Positions 26,424 to 36,440 of a DNA stretch of 46,054 nucleotides are shown piece after piece (positions within the stretch are counted from its first letter, which is position 1; the number at the start of each line of letters is the position of its first letter). The stretch is from Escherichia virus ECH1. The position numbers and the translations under genes were made by a program. The notes under the pieces are model-generated. The model saw only the letters and a program-made list of their open reading frames with translations, did not search any database and was not told the DNA's origin. The stretch lies in the sequence record MN164484.2, one strand, 5' to 3'.

Positions 26424-26621
26424 ATGAAGGCTTTTATAGACATAAATAAGTCACCATACAACGACGAATCGGATCCTGAGGTAAGAATAAGGATAAAATT
26501 TAAAACTGGAAGAGAGATAAACATAACAACAACATGCTCTGGTATATCAAAAGCGATAATGGGATGCAGTGAAATCCCTGTAGATGTATCACTTAGAAAT
26601 GTAGAGGTTAAAATAAAATGA
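26424..26621 (+). CDS. hypothetical protein (65 aa)
   Basis: ORF with coupled start/stop. Confidence 0.4.
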   Translation: MKAFIDINKSPYNDESDPEVRIRIKFKTGREINITTTCSGISKAIMGCSEIPVDVSLRNVEVKIK

Positions 26622-27583
26622 CATTCAAAGTCTACACGCGAGAAGAGTTAAGCAACGAAGAGTACCACTCTGAAACTGATCACATCTCTGGCAGTTCACT
26701 AGTTGAGATTATCCAGGGTTCACCAGCAAAGTGGAAGTTCAAGCAGCTCAACAGTTGTAGCAAGGCTCTTAAGTTTGGCACATTAAGCCACTGCATGATT
26801 CTAGAACAAGATGTGTTCGATAAAGAATACCTTCGAGCAACAGACCTTGAAGCTATTGAGGGGTTAATTACAAGTCAGACCGCATTATCGGCAGCACTGA
26901 AAAAAGTTGGTGTAGCTGGCACGTCAGGGAAGGGCTATAGCGAGCTTGTAGAGATGATGTATCGCTCTGGTGAGGATTGGCCTATTAAATGGTTAATTGA
27001 GCAGCAGGAGAGCGCTCAGGCTCTTGTAGAGGGTAAGGAACTGGTAAGCGCAGCGGACTACGATAAAGTGGTGGCGATGCGTGAGGTTCTTTGCAACATT
27101 CCGGCTTATGATTCAATCGTTAACAGCGAGACAGCGCAGAAAGAGCTATCAATCTTCGGTGAGATTCTAGGTGTTGGGGTTAAGATCCGAATAGACCATG
27201 TTGATGTTGTTGATGGCGTAGTTCGGATCACAGATTATAAAACGACAGCAGACGCAAGCCCCGAAGGATTCGGTAAGTCTGCATTCTCTCACGGATACCT
27301 TGCAAAAATGGCTCTTCAGCGCGATCTGTTTGTGAAGGCATTCAACGAGAAGCGAAAGGTTGTTGTGGGTTTGCTGGCGCAGGAGAAGTTGGAGCCATAC
27401 CTTCCTATGAGGTACATATTGACTGACGAGCAACTTCGCATTGGAAGGCTACAGTATATTGAAGCGCTAGCTACTTACAAGAAGTGCAAAGAGCTTGATA
27501 TTTGGCCTGGTTATTCAAATGGAATTACAGAGCAAGAACTGATGATTCCTGATTGGGCAATTAAGCAGTATAAAGAGATCTAA
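26618..27583 (+). CDS. PD-(D/E)XK family exonuclease (RecE/lambda-Exo-like recombination exonuclease)
   Basis: IRIDHVDVVDGVVRITDYKT resembles a D-x(n)-D/E-x-K nuclease motif; sits beside the Erf-like and SSB genes. Confidence 0.55.
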   Translation: MTFKVYTREELSNEEYHSETDHISGSSLVEIIQGSPAKWKFKQLNSCSKALKFGTLSHCMILEQDVFDKEYLRATDLEAIEGLITSQTALSAALKKVGVAGTSGKGYSELVEMMYRSGEDWPIKWLIEQQESAQALVEGKELVSAADYDKVVAMREVLCNIPAYDSIVNSETAQKELSIFGEILGVGVKIRIDHVDVVDGVVRITDYKTTADASPEGFGKSAFSHGYLAKMALQRDLFVKAFNEKRKVVVGLLAQEKLEPYLPMRYILTDEQLRIGRLQYIEALATYKKCKELDIWPGYSNGITEQELMIPDWAIKQYKEI

Positions 27584-27626
27584 ATAGCACGAATTGCTAA
27601 AAAAAATGGGATATCTGAGGTATAGT
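27583..27626 (+). promoter_or_regulatory. conserved promoter-like cassette (AATAGCACGAATTGCTAAA, 19 nt, TATAGT)
   Basis: Motif begins in the exonuclease stop codon; TATAGT 27621-27626; leader CCCATCAACAGCAAACGAGG. Confidence 0.55.
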
Positions 27627-27655
27627 TATCCCATCAACAGCAAACGAGGTTAAAG

Positions 27656-28306
27656 ATGCAAATTTCAGAATCATGCAAGTCAATTTTAAACGCTCTACAC
27701 ACTGCAAAAGCAATGTTTGCAAAGGCTGAGCGCTCTAAGCAGAACTCGCACCTTAAAAACAAGTACGCAACATTAGATGATGTTTTAGCAGCCGTGGAGC
27801 CTGGTTTAGATGAGTGTGGGCTTGTAATGTTTCAGAGCGTAATTGATAGTGAAGCAACTGGGCTGCTAAAGGTAGAGACAAAGCTATTCCACGCAGAGTC
27901 AGGGGAGTGGGTTAGCTTCTTAATGATTGTTCCAATCAGCAAGAATGATGCTCAAGGTTACGGTTCTGCGCTTACATATGCTCGACGCTACGGCATTACA
28001 GCAGCTTTAGGTCTTAGTCAGGCAGATGACGATGGTAATCTAGCAGCGAAAGGTGTTAAAGACTTTAAGCGTGAGCTTGAAAAGTGCAACACTCTTGATG
28101 AGCTTCGTAACGTCTGGAAAGAAGCCAAGCAATCACTAGATGCTGCTGGATGGAAGGTTTTCGAACCTCACATTATCGAGCGAAAGGCAGAGATTGAGGC
28201 TAACGCGGCAACTGGCTTCAACCCAGCTACGCCAAAGAAAGTTGCAGAAAAAAGTAGTACTCAAGAAAAAGTTGAAGTAGAATCTCAACAAATCGACACA
28301 TTCTAA
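27656..28306 (+). CDS. single-strand annealing protein (ERF family)
   Basis: N-terminal KNKYATLDDVL and GSALTYARRYGI are reminiscent of ERF-family signatures. Confidence 0.65.
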   Translation: MQISESCKSILNALHTAKAMFAKAERSKQNSHLKNKYATLDDVLAAVEPGLDECGLVMFQSVIDSEATGLLKVETKLFHAESGEWVSFLMIVPISKNDAQGYGSALTYARRYGITAALGLSQADDDGNLAAKGVKDFKRELEKCNTLDELRNVWKEAKQSLDAAGWKVFEPHIIERKAEIEANAATGFNPATPKKVAEKSSTQEKVEVESQQIDTF

Positions 28307-28353
28307 ATTAAACGGGGCTTCGGCCCCAAAATCAAACGAGAAGAGAGAATAAC

Positions 28354-28815
28354 ATGCACGTAATTACAGGTCAGATTCGCAAAGCTCCTTACACTAAAGA
28401 TGGTCAGAATGCAAAAGGTAACTGGAAAATGTACGCCATCGAGATGAGCGAATCATACAAGACTAAAGATGGCGAGCGTAAGTACAGTAATTACCGGATT
28501 ACGATGTTTGCCAGTGAGGCGCAGATTAGTTGGTATGATGAAGCATTTCAGGAAGGAAAAGTTATTTCTGTTAGTGGTGATTCATTGGCGGTTAATGAGC
28601 GTGAGCATAATGGAAAGGTTTATATTACGCTTGAGTTGCAGAATCCTCGATTGATGTTTAGCCAGCGCGGCAGTGAATTAGCTCCACAGCAACAGCGCCA
28701 GCAGCATCAGCAACAGCAGCGGCAGCAACCACAGCATCAAAGCCAGTTTGAAGACGATATTCCGTTTGCTCCTATTGGTCTTCAGTACGGTATGTCAAAT
28801 ATTTATGTACTATAA
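28354..28815 (+). CDS. single-stranded DNA-binding protein (SSB)
   Basis: OB-fold-like N-terminus, Gln-rich linker, acidic tip motif FEDDIPF; the motif is followed by 15 extra residues. Confidence 0.8.
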   Translation: MHVITGQIRKAPYTKDGQNAKGNWKMYAIEMSESYKTKDGERKYSNYRITMFASEAQISWYDEAFQEGKVISVSGDSLAVNEREHNGKVYITLELQNPRLMFSQRGSELAPQQQRQQHQQQQRQQPQHQSQFEDDIPFAPIGLQYGMSNIYVL

Positions 28816-29215
28816 AGTCTGTTTCAAATGTGGTGGGCTTAAGCCCATCACGGAGTTCTATAAACATAAAGCCATGGCTGACGTACGTGTAAATAAGTGT
28901 AAGGAATGCAATAAGGTTGATGTTAAATCAAATAGAAAATCAAAAATAGAATATTACAGAGAGTACGATAGAGAAAGTGGCAATAGACAGAAGGACGGTT
29001 ACGTTAAGGAGTATAGATCAAGAAACCCCATAAAATATAATTGCCACACGATTTTAAATAACGCTATAAGGGATGGTAAGATCAATAAAAAACCTTGCGA
29101 GGTTTGCGGGAATGATAAGGCGGTAGCTAATCATGATGATTACTCAAAACCAATGGATGTAAGATGGCTATGCCAAGCTCACCATATGCAATGGCACGCA
29201 GAAAACGGAGAATGA
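28805..29215 (+). CDS. HNH endonuclease-like zinc-finger protein
   Basis: CxxC pairs and C-terminal CEVCG...HDDYSKP...CQAHHMQWH motif; start overlaps the SSB 3-prime end. Confidence 0.55.
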   Translation: MYYKVCFKCGGLKPITEFYKHKAMADVRVNKCKECNKVDVKSNRKSKIEYYREYDRESGNRQKDGYVKEYRSRNPIKYNCHTILNNAIRDGKINKKPCEVCGNDKAVANHDDYSKPMDVRWLCQAHHMQWHAENGE

Positions 29216-29232
29216 TTAAACGGATAAAAGAA

Positions 29233-29252
29233 AAGGCCCCTTTCGGGGCCTT
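29233..29252. terminator. bidirectional terminator (AAGGCCCC-TTTC-GGGGCCTT)
   Basis: Hairpin with T-runs on both strands between convergent genes. Confidence 0.65.
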
Positions 29253-29254
29253 TT

Positions 29255-32074
29255 TTATGAAGCTGTATTTACCTGAAGATATGCACCATTAGTTGCACCA
29301 AACCATGCGTAAGCAGATCCGTAAGTTGTTGGGTTATCATTTAAGATGAAGTCACCCGCTCTAATTACGCACTTTTCTCCATATTTATCAGTTGGCCTTG
29401 CACTAAAACCATAATCAACATATCTAAAACCAACCTTCGTTACGTTATCGTTAAGAGGAAAAATCCGAAAGAAGCTAGAAGCCCTAAAGTCATTGTTCCT
29501 GAAAACGCCTCCAGTAAAGTTATCCATGTCAAACATAGTTGTTAAGCTTGCACCAACAGTATTCCTGAACTTGTTACCTTCGTATGTTGGAGAGATTACT
29601 TCATAGTCAACCCTCAACTGAATAAATCCCCCATCAATAATATTGTCCTTGACTATTGGATATTGCCCGCCGATTGCTAAGCCACCAAACCCAGGTGTAA
29701 ATTTGCAACTATTATTACTAAATATAGTGCCAACCCACGCCTGATTTGTAAGGTATGGTGCCTTAGTATCTGTCATGGTGTTCCCGGTGATAATCAATCC
29801 ATTCTTGGCCTGGATTCCCTCCTGGTAGCCCTGAATCGCTACGCCGCCACCAATCATAATGTTGCTGGATATAATAATGTTGCTCAACCCCTCATTAACA
29901 CCCCAATCACTTTCTGCATCATTTGTTATCAGTAAGTAGTGAGAAGAAGCCCTGCCAGTAGCGTCCGTAGTTATAATGCTTGTATTGCCTTTGCATATAA
30001 CATTGTTTGCCGCAAAAACCTCAACAAATATACCAGCACCTTCGTAGTAGTTATCCGTAACCGTTACGTTATTGCCAGCCGGGGTTATCCTTGACTGGAT
30101 AGATATTGGATAATAGAACTTGTTGGCGTGAGCGTAAGACATTCGGCTTCTCTCGGATATTGCATAATCCTCCGCGAAAGTATGCCATGCCCTTCCTGAC
30201 TGTTTTGTTGTGTTTCCTATAAACTCTGAGTAGTCACAGTTTCTTGTGATTAAGCAGTAGTTAGCGTTGTATCTGAAGCTTGAATTTCTAAGAGATACGA
30301 ATGCATTAGGTAAGCCATTAAGAGCATCGGCATTAACAAAGGCCCTCGAGGCATTAACCTCCATACCCTCGATCACAACTGATGCGCATCCTTCAACCAT
30401 AAAACCAAACCAGTCTTCTCTTGGTTTATGCTCTGTATCCGTTGGTTGGATTGAGTAATCTGAAAAGTCAGTATTCCAGTTGAGTCCGCTAGCTTTAAAT
30501 GTGCAATCTTTAAGCCCGAAAACAACCCTCTCGGGTGATGTGCTTCCAGAGATATCAATATCAACATCATTATTGGCAAAAATGTCAACAGTAAGTCCAT
30601 TGAGGAAGAATGCCGTTTGCCTTAACACTCTGTACTTATCATTGTACTGAACACCATCGGAGAATGAGACTTTCAGTCTTCCAGCGCTAAGTCTTACCTT
30701 CCTGTTTGTATTGTGACCAAGGTTTATACATGCCATAACCGAGGCGTTTGATTCATTAACTCCAGACACATCATGACCAGCCCATTCGGTATGGATATCA
30801 TCAACACCTCCCGTAAACCTAACCCAGCAACCATTTTCACCTGGTGATGTCTCACCCGCTCCGCTAAGGAAGCCTGGTAGCGTGGAATATGTACCATCAA
30901 ATGGAACTGTTGGGCTAAAGATGGTAACCCCATTGTGACTACTCTTGCTTACTGATGGATCCCAGTAAAACAAACCACCTCCAGAGTTTGCTCCAGAAAT
31001 ATAAGACCTGACATTTGCCAAGTTTCCATTCGTAGTTGGTTGCCGGATTAGTTCATAAATTGAATTAACTGAAGATAGCCCTAAATTACTCCTGGCAAGG
31101 CTTTTATCTTTAATATCAGAGAAATTCAATGATTTGTTGAAAGTCTCAGATTTTGAATAAACATCAAGTAAGCCCCTTACTCGCTGGGCGCTAGCGCCGC
31201 CAACCCGACTTCCTGATGCGACATAAAGCGCCTCTCTTGAATAGTAAGTTTTGCTTGGTGCCGTGCCAGTCTGAGTTAAATCAATCACCCTGTACGCATC
31301 ATCTGAGCCGGTAGATGCTGAAACTTGTATGTTCTTAACACCAGTAAGCCCCCTTGCTGACTTAACCTCAATCGCACAAAGTGCGCTATCGGAGTAGGTT
31401 GTATTTATCACCTCTGGAGCGTTGATCATTGCTGACTTTTGGCATAGGTATCTAGCCCCGGACTTGAAATCAAACGTATTCCAGTCAAGTTCTGTCAACT
31501 GAGGTGTATTCGAGCCACCAATACCAATATTGGCAAGAGTTACCAAAGTACCAGCGTCACCAGCATTATTAATTGCTTCAATTGTAGCGTCACGGGCAGC
31601 TGTTGTTGTGTTTCTTGCACTAACAGCAGTAGCAGCGCTATCTGCGGCGGCAATCTGGCTAGCTAAAGCATCCGCTGCTCCTTGCACTGACTGGCTTGCC
31701 AATTGCTCAAAGCGAGGCCAATCAAAAGAATCCTGACCAATGAAATCAATCAGGCTCTGAATGCTAGTTTCCCTACTCTGATAATAACGAAGTGTCTCCG
31801 CTACATTTTGAGCCAAACCCTGAACGCTAATCCCATCATGAGCAAGAATGGCATATCCAGTACCAGCAGGAACAGTTTCGCCATTTGGGTTATATACAGA
31901 CAATGAAGTGTCGCTGGTGATTTCAGAGATGGTGTAAATCTGCACAGGCTCTGTTTTGAATACAATTGTAGCACCAACACGGATTAGCGTTAGTGGCATG
32001 GTCCATTGAGTGCCAACACCAGTAACTTGACCGTTAGCTGCTAAACTGGCAGTTCCAGTATCATAAATTGCCAT
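29255..32074 (-). CDS. tail fibre/tailspike protein, possibly with a beta-helical depolymerase-like central domain
   Basis: 939 aa from ATG 32074; N-terminal fibre-anchor-like domain; long Asn/Gly/Ser/Thr-rich repetitive region. Confidence 0.55.
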   Translation of the reverse strand: MAIYDTGTASLAANGQVTGVGTQWTMPLTLIRVGATIVFKTEPVQIYTISEITSDTSLSVYNPNGETVPAGTGYAILAHDGISVQGLAQNVAETLRYYQSRETSIQSLIDFIGQDSFDWPRFEQLASQSVQGAADALASQIAAADSAATAVSARNTTTAARDATIEAINNAGDAGTLVTLANIGIGGSNTPQLTELDWNTFDFKSGARYLCQKSAMINAPEVINTTYSDSALCAIEVKSARGLTGVKNIQVSASTGSDDAYRVIDLTQTGTAPSKTYYSREALYVASGSRVGGASAQRVRGLLDVYSKSETFNKSLNFSDIKDKSLARSNLGLSSVNSIYELIRQPTTNGNLANVRSYISGANSGGGLFYWDPSVSKSSHNGVTIFSPTVPFDGTYSTLPGFLSGAGETSPGENGCWVRFTGGVDDIHTEWAGHDVSGVNESNASVMACINLGHNTNRKVRLSAGRLKVSFSDGVQYNDKYRVLRQTAFFLNGLTVDIFANNDVDIDISGSTSPERVVFGLKDCTFKASGLNWNTDFSDYSIQPTDTEHKPREDWFGFMVEGCASVVIEGMEVNASRAFVNADALNGLPNAFVSLRNSSFRYNANYCLITRNCDYSEFIGNTTKQSGRAWHTFAEDYAISERSRMSYAHANKFYYPISIQSRITPAGNNVTVTDNYYEGAGIFVEVFAANNVICKGNTSIITTDATGRASSHYLLITNDAESDWGVNEGLSNIIISSNIMIGGGVAIQGYQEGIQAKNGLIITGNTMTDTKAPYLTNQAWVGTIFSNNSCKFTPGFGGLAIGGQYPIVKDNIIDGGFIQLRVDYEVISPTYEGNKFRNTVGASLTTMFDMDNFTGGVFRNNDFRASSFFRIFPLNDNVTKVGFRYVDYGFSARPTDKYGEKCVIRAGDFILNDNPTTYGSAYAWFGATNGAYLQVNTAS

Positions 32075-32096
32075 TATGTAAAGTCTCCATTTGTAA

Positions 32097-32115
32097 AATA
32101 GCACGAATTGCTAAA
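32097..32115 (+). promoter_or_regulatory. motif copy between primase and tail fibre genes (operator-like)
   Basis: Palindrome centre only about 32 nt from the tail-fibre ATG, which is incompatible with the usual motif-to-start geometry. Confidence 0.35.
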
Positions 32116-32134
32116 GTGGATTGTAGCATCTTTA

Positions 32135-32161
32135 GGGCATAAAAAAACCTCCCGAAGGAGG
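32135..32161 (-). terminator. rho-independent terminator after primase (CCTCC-TTCG-GGAGG plus T7)
   Basis: Hairpin plus T-run read on the minus strand. Confidence 0.6.
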
Positions 32162-33088
32162 TTAGTTATTCAATAAATCACTTGCCTTATATATCTTCTT
32201 CCTTATTCCGCTCTTGAATGAGTTTTCATCATTTGGTATTACCACATCAAGATTGCGATCATCAGCAACGGCGAGTAAATCAAAATCATGACGAGTACAA
32301 GCGACGCGTAACTTGTAGTCTCTAAGCGCATAAGCAACCATTTCCATGTTGTAACTGGAGTAGCAAACAAGCACACACCGGTTGCCAGTAGCAAGATGAA
32401 CGCGAACACCATCAATCCAATTATCGACCAGATAAGAGTACTCATCATCCTTAAGGGAACCAATAACAGAAACAGATTGGCGAGAATAATCTTTTGCAGC
32501 ATAACTAACATCTCCTTCCTCATTGATAAACATTACATTGCACATTTCTTCTGATATACCGTCACTATAAGCCATGAAGCACGGTATTGCGTGTATTAAT
32601 TCACCGGATTTTGTCCTACCAACATCAAATCCAAACTCGCTATAAATACCCTCGTATGTACTGAGCGGGGTTGATTCTACTCTTTCCGTCCTTTCCAGTA
32701 TCTCTAAGCATCTTTCGTGGTCAATCTGCGCGCCCATCTTGTATGGTGATGTCCGCGATGCTCTTTTGTTTGCTTTAGCTACTATCTCAACTGGAACCAG
32801 ATTTAACCAGTCACCTAATACATTTATACACTCACTAAAAGACTCTCCTCTTAGTTTCTGCACCCACAAAATTCCATCGCCTGACCCACACTGGTTGCAA
32901 ATGATTCCACCATCCCCAGGTTCACTAACTTTATCAGTCCACCTGCTACGGTCATTACCGCCACAATACAAGCATGGTTGATGCTTCTTAGTTTTAAAGA
33001 AGTTTGGGTCTGCCCCGCAAATCTGAACCATTGCGTCAGCCCATAAACCTTTCATCTTTTGTAGTACTTCTTTCTTATCGTGATTCAT
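32162..33088 (-). CDS. DNA primase (zinc-ribbon plus TOPRIM-like)
   Basis: CLYCGG...CNQCG zinc-binding motif; acidic C-terminal region; ATG 33088 with RBS GGAGGTG. Confidence 0.6.
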   Translation of the reverse strand: MNHDKKEVLQKMKGLWADAMVQICGADPNFFKTKKHQPCLYCGGNDRSRWTDKVSEPGDGGIICNQCGSGDGILWVQKLRGESFSECINVLGDWLNLVPVEIVAKANKRASRTSPYKMGAQIDHERCLEILERTERVESTPLSTYEGIYSEFGFDVGRTKSGELIHAIPCFMAYSDGISEEMCNVMFINEEGDVSYAAKDYSRQSVSVIGSLKDDEYSYLVDNWIDGVRVHLATGNRCVLVCYSSYNMEMVAYALRDYKLRVACTRHDFDLLAVADDRNLDVVIPNDENSFKSGIRKKIYKASDLLNN

Positions 33089-33158
33089 ATGCACCTCCAT
33101 AAACAATAAAGGCACTATACATAATGTAGAGTGCCAATGTTTATCAAATCGTGCTTTT

Positions 33159-33650
33159 TTACTCTGCTTCTCTCTTTTTCTTATTCTCTTCTTTAATCTT
33201 ACGCCATGATCTGGCAGGCGGCTTTGTTGCTAACTCCTCTTTCTTAACAACTCTAAGCATTTCTCGACGGTCACAACGCAATGTTAAAGGCTTACCATTA
33301 CTATCAAATCGAAGGTCTGGACGAATGAAGCTAGCTCGATAACCCTCGCCTGTACGCTTGTACTTACCGTGTAATTTCTGCGCACCTTTAGCTGAAATCA
33401 TTCCGCGTTTACACCATTCAGAAACTACTGCATGTGTCACATTAGCGGCTTTTGCTAGCTTCGATTTACCACCATAAAAATCAAGTACAATCTCAAGTCT
33501 GGCGCGTAAACTAGCTCTCACCTCATCCTTCAAAGTGTAGTAGCCATAAGGTCGACTACGTTCTTTCTTGTCTTCACCGCGCTGAGTTCCGTTATTACCA
33601 TTTAATGTGCGCTTGTCTACTTCACCAGTTGATGCCGCAATTCTCGTCAT
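33159..33650 (-). CDS. helix-turn-helix DNA-binding protein
   Basis: HTH-like segment SKLAKAANVTHAVVSEWCKRGMIS; basic Lys/Arg-rich C-terminus; divergent from the helicase. Confidence 0.5.
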   Translation of the reverse strand: MTRIAASTGEVDKRTLNGNNGTQRGEDKKERSRPYGYYTLKDEVRASLRARLEIVLDFYGGKSKLAKAANVTHAVVSEWCKRGMISAKGAQKLHGKYKRTGEGYRASFIRPDLRFDSNGKPLTLRCDRREMLRVVKKEELATKPPARSWRKIKEENKKKREAE

Positions 33651-33661
33651 TATCAATCTCC

Positions 33662-33705
33662 AATAGCACTTTTTGTTAAAAGTCGTTTTGATTTAGTGTT
33701 AGTAT
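33662..33705 (+). promoter_or_regulatory. conserved promoter-like cassette (AATAGCACTTTTTGTTAAA) upstream of the helicase
   Basis: Motif 33662-33680; the -10 is less clear (TAGTAT-like). Confidence 0.4.
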
Positions 33706-33750
33706 TGTACTCAACAAAACGCCACAACACAAATTAATAGGGCTTAACAA

Positions 33751-35745
33751 ATGCTTCCCGTAGAAAAACTCGTTGCTAACTTTGATAAGAGTCGCCTTGC
33801 AGAGATTAAGCGTGATTACTCATTTGGTGAGATAACTCCTTACGACTTTCAATGCGTGACATTTGATGCAATTGGTAAAGCAATTGGCAAGTACGAAGCT
33901 CCATTTATCGCAGACCTTTCTGTATCTGCAGGTAAGACGATCATTTTGGCGATGATTGGTAAGAGAATGGAGCAACTCGGCCTTCCTTATATGGTTCTTT
34001 CTCGCCAGTCAGAGATAGTTAGCCAGGATAGCGAGGAGCTTCGTAACTTCGGTATCCGTAATAGCGTATATTGCGCTGGCCTTAACGTTAAATCAGTTTA
34101 CTACCCAACCATAGTGGCAAGCGAAGGAACGGCAGCTAATGGGTTGTTTAAGGGACTTGGTGACTATGTTCCGGCAGTTATCGCTATAGACGAGTGCCAT
34201 ATGGTGGATCACATGGATATAGTCGAAGCAGAAGAGAACGAAGAAACGTTTGAGCAAATGAGCACCGCAAAAGGTGAGATGGTTTTCAAGGATGGTGAGT
34301 ATACTGGCTTAACTGGTACAGGTCGTTCGCAATACACTTTAATCATTACAGAGATGAAACGGCGTTGCCGTGAGAAATACAAGCGCGAACTACGCATCTT
34401 CGGTCTTACTGGTAGCCCGTATCGCGATAACAATCATATCGTGGTAAGAAACCAAAATATTCGAGGATTTTGGCGTAAGACGGTTATGCAGGTTCCAACT
34501 AATTACCTGGTGGATTTAGGGTTTGTTGTCCCAACCGTTTACGGTGAGGTTGGTGATTTGGGTTATGACCTTGCTGAGTTTACGCCAGATGGTTCTGATG
34601 GGGTTAAAGACTTCACGAAGAAAGACCTGAATGCAATGGAGGAGAAGATTCACCAAAGCCAATCTATGACACAAAAGATTATGCAGTTCGCAGCTAAGTT
34701 TATGGAGACGAGGAACGCAGCACTTGTTACCTGTTCCGGTAAGCGTCATTGCGAAGAAGCAGCCGCCGCTCTTCCTGAAGGTGTAACATGGGCTATAGTA
34801 ACCGACTCAACAGGCGAGAAGAAACGCCGTGAGATTCTAGCTGACGCATCTGAGGGTAAGTATAAATTCATCTTTCAGATTGGTTGCTTAACGACCGGTG
34901 TCAATGTCCCACCGTGGGACACATCAATAATTCTCCGTAAGGTTGGCAGCATTACATTGCTTATTCAGCTTTTGGGTCGTGGCATGCGCATCCTGAAGAG
35001 GAAACATAAAGAGATGGGAATGGTTAAAGATGACCATGTGGTATTGGACTTCGCAGGCACGCTTGATGATATGGCTGAGTTGTACTTTGACCCAATCATA
35101 GAGGAGGTTCAAGACCAGAAATTCAAGTCTTCTCGTAAAGGTGGTGATGATCCAAGAGTGTGCCCAGCATGTAGCTATGAGAACTCGCCATTTTCTCGTC
35201 GTTGTAATAATTTTATCGACGGTAAAAGGTGTGAGCACTTCTTTCAGTTTCGTACTTGTGATGACATTGAAGACCCACAGACAAAGGTTATATTAAAGAA
35301 GGGGTGTGGCGAGAAGAACGACATTGCTGCCAAAAACTGTAGATGTTGTGGTGAGATGTTAATTGACCCTAATGCAAAACTTTCCGGCAAGATGTACCGT
35401 CAGTGGGATTGGTTGCGAGTTTACGGATTTGGCATTGGTTTAACAAAGAATCAAACTGGCATAGTTGCCCGTTACGAAATCATGGCGCATAGTGGTCAGA
35501 AGTTCATTGCATATGAAACATTCTTTCCAGAAAGTGACCATCGAGTTTGCTCTGTTAAGTGGAAAGCATTTTGCCAGACTCACATACAGAACAAAACAGA
35601 GGCTTTTAGGATTGGTCGCTTGCGTAATGCAAAAATGATAATGACAAATGCCAGCCAGTTCCGTGAGCCAATGCGAGTGACTCATAGAAGAAATCAGAAA
35701 GGCCAGGATATTATAGCTAATAAATCTTTTACTATGGAGGATTGA
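33751..35745 (+). CDS. SF2 DEAD/DEAH-box-type helicase with C-terminal zinc-finger region
   Basis: Walker A SAGKT, motif II DECH, several CxxC pairs near the C-terminus. Confidence 0.8.
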   Translation: MLPVEKLVANFDKSRLAEIKRDYSFGEITPYDFQCVTFDAIGKAIGKYEAPFIADLSVSAGKTIILAMIGKRMEQLGLPYMVLSRQSEIVSQDSEELRNFGIRNSVYCAGLNVKSVYYPTIVASEGTAANGLFKGLGDYVPAVIAIDECHMVDHMDIVEAEENEETFEQMSTAKGEMVFKDGEYTGLTGTGRSQYTLIITEMKRRCREKYKRELRIFGLTGSPYRDNNHIVVRNQNIRGFWRKTVMQVPTNYLVDLGFVVPTVYGEVGDLGYDLAEFTPDGSDGVKDFTKKDLNAMEEKIHQSQSMTQKIMQFAAKFMETRNAALVTCSGKRHCEEAAAALPEGVTWAIVTDSTGEKKRREILADASEGKYKFIFQIGCLTTGVNVPPWDTSIILRKVGSITLLIQLLGRGMRILKRKHKEMGMVKDDHVVLDFAGTLDDMAELYFDPIIEEVQDQKFKSSRKGGDDPRVCPACSYENSPFSRRCNNFIDGKRCEHFFQFRTCDDIEDPQTKVILKKGCGEKNDIAAKNCRCCGEMLIDPNAKLSGKMYRQWDWLRVYGFGIGLTKNQTGIVARYEIMAHSGQKFIAYETFFPESDHRVCSVKWKAFCQTHIQNKTEAFRIGRLRNAKMIMTNASQFREPMRVTHRRNQKGQDIIANKSFTMED

Positions 35746-35746
35746 A

Positions 35747-36166
35747 ATGAAGATTACAGATAAAGAAGATTACATTGAGTTTTACCCGGGTGCTGTAAAA
35801 TCATGTCCAAAGGAGGATGACGAACAAATCTTTTGCTCTGATTGGGTTAAGTACCATTATCCGCAGATTGTTTACTGGCACACGATTAATGAAAATAAGA
35901 AGACCATAGGGCAAGCAAGAAAAGACCAGGCGAAAGGACTCCTTAAGGGCGTATCAGACTGCTTATTCCTGATACCTGAATCAATGCGAGGCAAATACCC
36001 TTTTGGAGCCATAGAGCTAAAGAGGGCAGGAAAAACTCAAGCAAGCCCTGTTAGCGATGAACAAAAGGTTTTCTTAAAAAGCGTAAGGGAATCAGGCGGT
36101 TTCTCTGCTGTAGCCTACGGTCGCGAAGGTTTTCTTGCAGCATTCAAAGAAATGATTTCAAAATAG
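35747..36166 (+). CDS. VRR-NUC domain nuclease
   Basis: GVSDCLFLIPE...AIELKRAG resembles the D-x(n)-E-x-K VRR-NUC signature. Confidence 0.55.
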   Translation: MKITDKEDYIEFYPGAVKSCPKEDDEQIFCSDWVKYHYPQIVYWHTINENKKTIGQARKDQAKGLLKGVSDCLFLIPESMRGKYPFGAIELKRAGKTQASPVSDEQKVFLKSVRESGGFSAVAYGREGFLAAFKEMISK

Positions 36167-36206
36167 CACGAATTGCTAAAGAAGATTTTAAAAGATGGGG
36201 TATAGT
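36162..36206 (+). promoter_or_regulatory. conserved promoter-like cassette (AATAGCACGAATTGCTAAA, 20 nt, TATAGT)
   Basis: Motif begins in the VRR-NUC stop; TATAGT 36201-36206; leader CTCCATCGAAACGAAACG. Confidence 0.55.
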
Positions 36207-36242
36207 TACTCCATCGAAACGAAACGCAGAGAGAGAAACAAA

Positions 36243-36440
36243 ATGGCTACTATCTATACCGGAATCAACTACGAGTCACGCAAAACTGGTTACATCTACG
36301 AGCTAGTAGTTACTGAAGATGGTTACATTCTCGAGGATATCGACGACTCAAATTACGCATTCGAAGTTACCCCAACATACAAAGATGATTTAGAAACTGT
36401 TAAAAACGCATTTGGCGAAAAATTTGATGAGGTATCATAA
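36243..36440 (+). CDS. hypothetical protein (65 aa)
   Basis: ATG at 36243; the upstream part of the tracked ORF is promoter sequence. Confidence 0.4.
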   Translation: MATIYTGINYESRKTGYIYELVVTEDGYILEDIDDSNYAFEVTPTYKDDLETVKNAFGEKFDEVS

